DNA from: Bacteroidota bacterium
Lineage (GTDB): Bacteria; Bacteroidota; Bacteroidia; Bacteroidales; GCA-2748055
Length of the DNA: 64,000 bases
Direction of reading: 5' to 3'
Assembly (NCBI GenBank): GCA_051746185.1
Contig: JBNJEV010000001.1
Span: 88,201 to 152,200, forward strand
Below the pieces are notes generated by a model that made no database searches, had not been told where the DNA came from, and saw only the letters and a program-made list of their open reading frames with translations. Positions 57,246-64,000 of this stretch are shown here, one piece after another; position 1 is the first letter of the stretch; every line of letters begins with the position of its first letter. The position numbers and the translations under genes are program-made.

Positions 57246-58391
57246 TTGGACATCTATAGAAAAAAACAACGCTGGAAGCAGATCCTGCTCCTGGCTGCCA
57301 TCCTGATCGGGGTGGGATCGCTCTGGTACACCAACCTTCTGGTGGATGAAATTCAGGAAACCGAACGGCAGAAAGTTGAACTGTGGGCGGAGGCCATTCG
57401 CATCCTGAACTCTGCTGACTTTGAAACGGATCTTGCCTTTCCTTTCTTTGTGATTGAGCGCAATACCCATATCCCTGTCATTCTTACCGACTCGGAAGGG
57501 AATATTCTGAACCATAAAAACCTGGACTCTACCAGGGTACAGGATCCGTCCTACCTGCAGCGGCAACTTGAGCATGCCAGGGTCGAGAACGATTCCCTTG
57601 CCATCAATCTGGGGAATGATGAATACCAGTATATTTTTTACAGGGACTCGATCGTACTCAGAAAGCTGATCTTCTTCCCCTATGTCCAGCTCGGGGTGAT
57701 CATGTTGTTCATCCTGGTCTCCTACATCGCATTCAGTGTTTCCCGGAAGGCGGAACAGAATGAGGTGTGGACAGGCATGTCCAAGGAAACTGCCCATCAG
57801 CTAGGCACACCTATCTCATCCTTAATGGGTTGGATGGAATTACTTGAAGAATCAAAGCTGGAACCCTCCACCGTGAGGGAAATGAAGAAGGATGCCTCCA
57901 GGCTGGAAAAGATCACTGACAGATTTTCCAAGATCGGATCCAACCCCACCCTGAAGGAGTCTGATCTGAACCGCATTCTCTCCAGCAGCCTGGAGTATAT
58001 CAAAAGCAGGGGATCAGACCGTATCGAATACCTGCTGGATATTCCGCAAAAACCCATCATGGCCAGGATCAATGAAACACTTTTCGAATGGGTGATCGAG
58101 AATTTATGCAAAAATGCAGTGGACGCCATTCAGGGGGATGGGAAGGTGATCCTCCATGCGGTTGAGACCGAGAAGAACGTAATTATCGATGTGGAAGATA
58201 CCGGTAAAGGCATTCCCAAGTCGCGGTTCCGTACCATCTTCAAACCCGGATATACTACCAAAAGAAGAGGGTGGGGACTGGGCCTGTCGCTTTCAAAAAG
58301 GATCATCGAATCCTATCATCACGGGAAGATCTTCGTTCTGTCCTCCGATCCGTTCAAATCGACCGTGATCCGGATCAGTCTGAAGAAATAG
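57246..58391 (+). CDS. Sensor histidine kinase (TTG start in the track)
   Basis: Two TM segments, H-box AHQLGTPISSLMGW, N-box NLCKNAVDA, G-boxes DTGKGI and GWGLGLS. Confidence 0.85.
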   Translation: MDIYRKKQRWKQILLLAAILIGVGSLWYTNLLVDEIQETERQKVELWAEAIRILNSADFETDLAFPFFVIERNTHIPVILTDSEGNILNHKNLDSTRVQDPSYLQRQLEHARVENDSLAINLGNDEYQYIFYRDSIVLRKLIFFPYVQLGVIMLFILVSYIAFSVSRKAEQNEVWTGMSKETAHQLGTPISSLMGWMELLEESKLEPSTVREMKKDASRLEKITDRFSKIGSNPTLKESDLNRILSSSLEYIKSRGSDRIEYLLDIPQKPIMARINETLFEWVIENLCKNAVDAIQGDGKVILHAVETEKNVIIDVEDTGKGIPKSRFRTIFKPGYTTKRRGWGLGLSLSKRIIESYHHGKIFVLSSDPFKSTVIRISLKK

Positions 58392-58410
58392 CCGCCTGAT
58401 CTGAACCACA

Positions 58411-59664
58411 TCAGGACCGGATCCGGGGAACGAGCCTGTAGATTTTATCAGATCTTCTGACCACCTGATCCACCGGAAATGAGCATTTTTCACCTTTACT
58501 TGCGGTAAGAGACTCTATATCATTTACTCTTAACTGTTTAACGGTTGTTTCTATGACGCCGGTGGTGGGACCTGTAATGAGGATCTCATCCCCCACATCC
58601 AGCTGACCCGACTCCACCAGGATCTCCGCCACTCCGATACGGTCGTAATAGTTGGTCCCCCTGCCCACATATATTTTTTTTACCGTTGCCCTTGAGCCAT
58701 GTTCACTGCTCCAGTCCCCCAGCCTCCGGCCCAGGTAATAACCATCCCAGAATCCGCGATTGAAAACCCTGCTCAGACGTTCATCCCACTCTTTGATCTT
58801 TTCCTCTGTATAGGTCCCCTCCGCAAGGGCAACAAGTGCTTCGTGATAGCAGGATGTCACTGTTCTTACATATTCCGGAGGTCTGGCCCTGCCTTCTATC
58901 TTCATGATCCCGGCCCCTGCTTCCACGATCCTGTCCAGAAAATGTATGGTCTTCAGATCTTTGGGAGACATGATATACTCATGATCGATATCCAGTTCAA
59001 TCTCCCGGTCTCTGTCCATCACCGTATAAGCCCGCCGGCAGACCTGGAAGCAATCACCCCGGTTCGCTGAATGGTTGTGTTCATGCAGACTCAGATAACA
59101 CTTCCCCGAAATGGCCATGCAAAGCGCTCCATGAACGAACATTTCAATTCTGATCGGTTCTCCGGATGGACCTGTCACGCCACGGGATTGAATGGCATCT
59201 GCCATCTGCTTTACCTGTTCCAGGTTCAGCTCTCTGGCCAGGACTACTGCATCGGCAAACTCAGCATAGAATTCCAGTGATTCAATATTGCTGATGTTCA
59301 GCTGAGTGGACAGATGAACTCCGGCCCCGGTACTCCTGCAGTACTGAAGCACCGACGGATCTGAAGCCACAACCCCGGTTACGCCATGGCGCAAGGCAAG
59401 GTCGATGATCTCCTTCATTTGATCGAGCTCACTGTCATACACAACCGTATTCAGGGTCAGATATGTCTTCAGACCATTTTCTCCGGCAAAAGAAACGATC
59501 CCGGGCAGGTCCTCCGTGGAAAAATTCGCGGAAGACCTTGCACGCATATTCAACTGATCCACTCCAAAATAGACCGCATCGGCTCCCCCCTGAACAGCAG
59601 CCTTCAGGGACGCATGGCTTCCTGCAGGAGCCAGCAATTCAAATTCATTTCTTTCATGCTTCAT
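58411..59664 (-). CDS. Peptidase U32 family protein
   Basis: 417 aa. ELLAPAGS...AVQGGADAVYFG, the E..VHGALCMAISGKCYLS motif, and a C-terminal U32 beta-barrel extension. Confidence 0.8.
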   Translation of the reverse strand: MKHERNEFELLAPAGSHASLKAAVQGGADAVYFGVDQLNMRARSSANFSTEDLPGIVSFAGENGLKTYLTLNTVVYDSELDQMKEIIDLALRHGVTGVVASDPSVLQYCRSTGAGVHLSTQLNISNIESLEFYAEFADAVVLARELNLEQVKQMADAIQSRGVTGPSGEPIRIEMFVHGALCMAISGKCYLSLHEHNHSANRGDCFQVCRRAYTVMDRDREIELDIDHEYIMSPKDLKTIHFLDRIVEAGAGIMKIEGRARPPEYVRTVTSCYHEALVALAEGTYTEEKIKEWDERLSRVFNRGFWDGYYLGRRLGDWSSEHGSRATVKKIYVGRGTNYYDRIGVAEILVESGQLDVGDEILITGPTTGVIETTVKQLRVNDIESLTASKGEKCSFPVDQVVRRSDKIYRLVPRIRS

Positions 59665-60688
59665 ATCCGGTTTGAATATGCCTTCGAAGCAGTTGTGCGT
59701 TCTTTACCGCATCCACCGTATCAGAAGGGATGACCCTGTATTGTGGATGGTTCTTCTCCAGCGAATACATGTAGGACTTATCATAATAATGCAGGGTGAT
59801 CATCACCGCATTGTAAAAATCTCCCCTGTCCACCGATTCCAGTGCTTCCGTGGTCCGGTCTCCCCCCAGTCGCTTCCGGATCTTTAAAATACACTTTTTC
59901 AGTTCCTGTGGATCATATGATGCATAGTGCTTCACCAGATACCGGACCCTGCTTTCACGCGGAATGTCCAAAAAGAGAGCCTCATTTTCCAGCATCTGCT
60001 GAAAGAACACATACGGGATCACGCACCTGCCCACATTCCTGCTTTCATCCTCGATCCAGGTTACCCTTTCCGGATCCAGCCGGATGACCTGTTTGTGCAG
60101 ATCGTTCTCAAATTGTTCGGTGGTGGGCTGTGTGGCTTCTCCCAGGGATCCGAATGCAGACCCTTTGTGGTTGGCAAGGCCTTCCAGATCAATGATCTGT
60201 TCTCCCTCCTTTTTCAAATGGTGCAGGATTTCGGTCTTGCCGCTGCCCGTTCTTCCCCCGATCACATGGAGGTTGCGGGGTATACCCAGTGTTTCCCGCA
60301 CATACCTCCTGTATGCCTTATAGCCGCCTTCCAGCAGATAGCATGTCAAATCAAGGGTCTCGAAAAGCCAGGTCATACTTTTGCTGCGCATCCCGCCTCT
60401 CCAGCAATGGACCAGCAACTCTCGTTTCCCTCCTGCTTTTTTCATCCCTTCCCTGGCCAGGTCTGCCATTTTTTTTCCGGTAAAGTCAAGTGCAGCCAGT
60501 GTGGCTGCTTCCCTGTTGATCTGCTTATATTTGGTGCCCACAATCTTTCTTTCCCGGTCATCGAACAATGGAATGCTGAACGCACCGGGTATATGTCCCT
60601 TTTCATATTCAGACGGGGCCCGGACATCAATGACCGGTATTGTTGCCGCCCGTACAAGGAATTGCTCTGCAGAGATTAGTTCAGCCAT
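59654..60688 (-). CDS. selU: tRNA 2-selenouridine synthase
   Basis: Rhodanese domain (IDVRAPSEYEKGHIPGA ... HCWRGGMRS) followed by the P-loop GGRTGSGKT. Length of 344 aa is typical of the SelU/MnmH/YbbB family. Confidence 0.85.
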   Translation of the reverse strand: MAELISAEQFLVRAATIPVIDVRAPSEYEKGHIPGAFSIPLFDDRERKIVGTKYKQINREAATLAALDFTGKKMADLAREGMKKAGGKRELLVHCWRGGMRSKSMTWLFETLDLTCYLLEGGYKAYRRYVRETLGIPRNLHVIGGRTGSGKTEILHHLKKEGEQIIDLEGLANHKGSAFGSLGEATQPTTEQFENDLHKQVIRLDPERVTWIEDESRNVGRCVIPYVFFQQMLENEALFLDIPRESRVRYLVKHYASYDPQELKKCILKIRKRLGGDRTTEALESVDRGDFYNAVMITLHYYDKSYMYSLEKNHPQYRVIPSDTVDAVKNAQLLRRHIQTGYEA

Positions 60689-60709
60689 GGGCGATGGTTT
60701 CTGTAAAGA

Positions 60710-61477
60710 TCACCGCTCCAGAAAATCACCCAAAATGGAGCGGCCCTCCTTCCGTACATTCTTTCCATAGGGTGAAATGGCCTGGATCAGCTTACGGATA
60801 GGCATGGATTGCAGCCAGATGGTTCCGGTTCCCCGCAGGGTTGCCAGGAAAATACCTTCCCCGCCGAAGATCATGGAGCGAAGGCTTCCGACAGTCTCGA
60901 TATTGAAATCGATCCCCGGGGTGAAGGCCACAACGCATCCGGTATCAATTTTCAGGACCTCATTTTCCAGTCTTCTTTCGATCACCGCACCACCTGCATG
61001 TATAAATGCTTTCCCGTCTCCATCAAGCTTCTGAAGGATAAAGCCTTCCCCTCCCACCAGACCGCTTCCGATCCGGCGGTTGAGGGTAATGGAAATCCGG
61101 GTCCCTTTGGCTGCACAGAGAAAACCATCTTTCTGAACGATCAGGGAACCTCCCATGTGATGAAGGTCCACGGGTATGATCTTTCCCGGATAGGGTGCGG
61201 CAAAGCCAATGCGCTGCTTACCGGCTCCCCGGTTGGTAAAATGCGTGACAAAAAGGGATTCCCCTGTCAGTACCCTGCTCCCGGCAGATATCAGTTTCCC
61301 CAGGAGGCCCTGATTGGGATCCGATCCGTCGCCCATCTTTGTTTCAAAGCTGATCGCAGGGTCCATATACATCATCGACCCCGCTTCTGCAATAACGGTC
61401 TCCATGGGATCCAGCTCAATTTCTACCAGCTGGATATCATCCCCCATGATCCTGTAATCCAAATCGTGTGATCGCAT
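60710..61477 (-). CDS. TIGR00266/AIM24 (DUF124) family protein
   Basis: 255 aa. [30 protein letters not shown] is the typical start of this family. Confidence 0.7.
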   Translation of the reverse strand: MRSHDLDYRIMGDDIQLVEIELDPMETVIAEAGSMMYMDPAISFETKMGDGSDPNQGLLGKLISAGSRVLTGESLFVTHFTNRGAGKQRIGFAAPYPGKIIPVDLHHMGGSLIVQKDGFLCAAKGTRISITLNRRIGSGLVGGEGFILQKLDGDGKAFIHAGGAVIERRLENEVLKIDTGCVVAFTPGIDFNIETVGSLRSMIFGGEGIFLATLRGTGTIWLQSMPIRKLIQAISPYGKNVRKEGRSILGDFLER

Positions 61478-61478
61478 A

Positions 61479-64000
61479 TCAAACGGTTGTTGAAAATAGT
61501 TTGATCAATAATTGTTTGATATTTTCCACCCTGGCCGGTTTCATGACATATTCATTCATCCCGGCCCGGAAAGCGGCTGCCCTGGTATCGTCATCCTCGT
61601 CAGCAGACATGGCAACGATGGGCAGGGTTTGACCAGCCTTCCGGATCTCTTCTGCCGCCTGGTAACCATCCATCTCCGGCATCAGCAGATCCATAAAGAC
61701 CACATCATATTCTTTTTTTTCCAGCAGCTCCACCGCTTCCCTTCCGTTCTTGGCAATATCGATCTCATAGCCGATGTTCTTGAATATGGACTGGGCCACT
61801 TTCTGATTGATCAGGTTATCCTCGGCCAGCAGGATCGCCAGTTCGGAAGGCAGCGCATTGAGCATGGGCTCCAGGCTTTTACGGTCTTCGATACCGGGAA
61901 AATTTTCCGACAGGATGTCAAAAACCTCTTTGGTTTCAAACGGTTCAATGAGGTAGTAATCGATCCCCAGTTTCCTGCAGGTCTTGTAATTGCCCGTTTT
62001 GTCATTGGAACTGACCAGTGCAATGGGATAGTGATCGGTAAGGTTGTTGTTTTTCAATTCTTTGGCCAGGGCAAAGCCATCGAGCTGGTTTTTATCCACC
62101 AGGATGATCAGGTGGTAATTGTCCCTTTTCACCTGCAGGTGATGTACCACACTGTCCACCGTACTGTCCTGGTAGATCTTGGTGACCACATTCACTCCGA
62201 ATCTTCCCAGCATTCTGGCCATGGTATTTTTGGAAGGATCGGATTCTTTGGTCAGGATCAGGGCATTGATTTCGCTCAGCCTGGTGATATGGGAGTAATT
62301 GAATTTCTTGGGGATCCTTTCGTTGGAATATGCTTCGATGGTAAAGCTGAATTTGGACCCTGGAAATTCGTCTTCAGTGGAAATAGTGGATGGGCTTTCC
62401 ACCCAGATCTCTCCGTGCATGAGTTCAACCAGTTGTTTGGCGATGGTGGTACCCAGGCCGGTTCCCCCGAATCTGCGTGTCACCGATCCCCTGGCCTGAG
62501 TATAACTCCCGAAGATCTCCTTGATCCTGTCCCTGGGAATGCCGATACCTGTATCCTCCACGGTAAACAGGATATTCACCTGGGTCCTGAAAGATTCCAT
62601 CAGCTGGACCGTGATGACTATCTTTCCCCTTTCGGTAAATTTTACCGCATTGCTTACCAGGTTGGAGATTACCTGCCGCAGGCGGAAGGGATCCCCGATC
62701 AATTTATTGGGTACATCCTGTTTCTGATCAATCTGAAGCTCCAGGCCTTTATCCCGCGCCAGTGGTCCGAACAATTCTTTCACCAAATCCAGCTCATCCG
62801 AAAGTACGAAGGGGATTTCTTCAAGCATCATCCTGCCCGCTTCGATCTTGGAAAAGTCAAGGATATCGTTGATGATATTCATCAACAGGTCGGCGGAACG
62901 CTTGATGACCTTGATCTTGGGCTTCAGCTCCATGCTGGTCTTCTGTTCGAGCAGGTCATTGACCATTCCCAGGATTCCGTTCATGGGTGTCCGGATCTCA
63001 TGACTCATGGCTGCCAGGAAATCAGATTTTGCTTTGTTGGCGGCCACTTCAACTTTTCTTGATTTTTCAATGGAGGAAACATCGATCAGGGCGATCAGTT
63101 TCAGTTCCTCTCCACCAATGGAGGTTACTTTTTCCGTACGATAGATGACCGTCTCCATCCCGTCTTTTTCATAATAGAGGTAATGGGAATCGTCCCTGAA
63201 CGGACTGGGGCCGTCACTGAGAAGATACCTGTTGGAGATCACAAACTGTTTGCTGAAGTCTTTTCCTACCAGGTTTTCCGTTTTCCCCATGAACAGCATT
63301 TTCTGTGCTGCACTGTTGATGTTGCGGATGATGTTCATTTCATCAATGATCATGATCCCCACCGGAAAATATTCTATGATCTGCCTGAAGATGATCTCTG
63401 ACAGTTTCAGTCGTTTTTCTCTCTTTCTATGCCTGCCAAGGGTTACCAGAAGATAGATCACCAGTCCCAGCGTTGCCAGGAAGGAGAATACCACCGCCTG
63501 AAGGTTCCGGTTAATGAAAAAATTAAAAAAGCCGCTTTTGCTGACCGAAAACATCACCCCCATTTTCCTGGCATAAATACTCAGCGGATAACAGGCAGTA
63601 TATACCTTTTCCCTTTGCCCTGAAGCATTGAATATTTGATGCTGCCAGATCCCTGATTTCTCTGTAAGAATACTGTCCTGAAGCATCTCAATTCCTTCGA
63701 TCCGGAATGAATCTGATGGAAAATTATCCATGACCACATTCCCATCTGCTCCCAACACCCATTGCCAGTTCAGGGTGATGCCCCGGGGATAGAGATCAAA
63801 AATCTTCCCTGCAAAACGTTCCATATCCACTGCCACCATGACATTCCCATTGACCACGTCCCGAGCAAAATAAGGATAGTAATATTTCAGCACGCTTTCT
63901 GTCTGCTCCACCCTGTCCCTGGGATACAACCTTTCCTGCTTTTTGCGGGGAAAGCTGTCCACCACAAACCGGTCGGATTTGGTAAAATTATTATTGGCCT
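61479..64000 (-). CDS. Hybrid sensor histidine kinase/response regulator (N-terminus continues beyond the window)
   Basis: The reading frame stays open to position 64000. Has TM and PAS-like segments, H-box [14 protein letters not shown], HATPase G-boxes, a degenerate receiver and a C-terminal receiver ([11 protein letters not shown]...[12 protein letters not shown]). Confidence 0.85.
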   Translation of the reverse strand, partial: ANNNFTKSDRFVVDSFPRKKQERLYPRDRVEQTESVLKYYYPYFARDVVNGNVMVAVDMERFAGKIFDLYPRGITLNWQWVLGADGNVVMDNFPSDSFRIEGIEMLQDSILTEKSGIWQHQIFNASGQREKVYTACYPLSIYARKMGVMFSVSKSGFFNFFINRNLQAVVFSFLATLGLVIYLLVTLGRHRKREKRLKLSEIIFRQIIEYFPVGIMIIDEMNIIRNINSAAQKMLFMGKTENLVGKDFSKQFVISNRYLLSDGPSPFRDDSHYLYYEKDGMETVIYRTEKVTSIGGEELKLIALIDVSSIEKSRKVEVAANKAKSDFLAAMSHEIRTPMNGILGMVNDLLEQKTSMELKPKIKVIKRSADLLMNIINDILDFSKIEAGRMMLEEIPFVLSDELDLVKELFGPLARDKGLELQIDQKQDVPNKLIGDPFRLRQVISNLVSNAVKFTERGKIVITVQLMESFRTQVNILFTVEDTGIGIPRDRIKEIFGSYTQARGSVTRRFGGTGLGTTIAKQLVELMHGEIWVESPSTISTEDEFPGSKFSFTIEAYSNERIPKKFNYSHITRLSEINALILTKESDPSKNTMARMLGRFGVNVVTKIYQDSTVDSVVHHLQVKRDNYHLIILVDKNQLDGFALAKELKNNNLTDHYPIALVSSNDKTGNYKTCRKLGIDYYLIEPFETKEVFDILSENFPGIEDRKSLEPMLNALPSELAILLAEDNLINQKVAQSIFKNIGYEIDIAKNGREAVELLEKKEYDVVFMDLLMPEMDGYQAAEEIRKAGQTLPIVAMSADEDDDTRAAAFRAGMNEYVMKPARVENIKQLLIKLFSTTV

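Noticed and set aside
58395-58415. Hairpin CCTGAT-N9-ATCAGG between the convergent kinase and U32 genes, considered as a bidirectional terminator
   Set aside because: The stem is only 6 bp, there is no U-tract, and it overlaps the U32 stop codon. The evidence is insufficient.
61512-63062. 516-aa ORF on the plus strand
   Set aside because: It is antisense to the hybrid histidine kinase. The kinase frame carries H-, N- and G-boxes and the receiver motifs.

Overview
This 64-kb window looks like a chromosomal segment from an anaerobic Bacteroidota-like bacterium. Supporting signs are T9SS C-terminal sorting domains, BlaR/M56-TonB fusion proteins, a bactofilin-AtpZ-atp arrangement, and host genes without Shine-Dalgarno motifs. 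All family calls come from motif recognition in the supplied translations; no database search was possible.

Layout:
- 1-6.7 kb (minus strand): F-type ATP synthase operon (atpA partial, H, F, E, B, AtpI/AtpZ-like, bactofilin), then fabH, rpmF, yceD and a lone receiver domain.
- 6.8-11.9 kb: FtsX-type permease, class IV aminotransferase, an outer-membrane protein, MarC and tRNA-Val(GAC).
- 11.9-16.6 kb: a mosaic, decayed islet directly 3' of the tRNA. It holds a frameshifted Rnl2-like RNA ligase, an AT-rich core with a disrupted T9SS cargo gene and an outer-membrane barrel, and an RHH plus small-ORF pair.
- 17-19.2 kb: a NifS-SelD fusion.
- 19.7-44.2 kb: a hydrogen-metabolism region. It contains rex-hypFCDEAB (minus strand) and a divergent 17-gene operon. 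That operon joins sulfhydrogenase/AsrAB-like NAD(P)H-FAD-FeS subunits to a complete Mrp-Mbh group-4 [NiFe]-hydrogenase with its endopeptidase. A HydABC-type [FeFe]-hydrogenase follows. A shared 16-bp Rex-like motif lies in front of both hydrogenase operons.
- 44.4-47.5 kb: blaI-blaR(TonB) followed by a blaI relic and a second blaR paralog.
- 47.5-64 kb: housekeeping and envelope genes, a selU-U32 peptidase pair, and sensor kinases.

The most interesting candidate is the NAD(P)H-module/Mrp-Mbh hydrogenase operon and its Rex-linked control.
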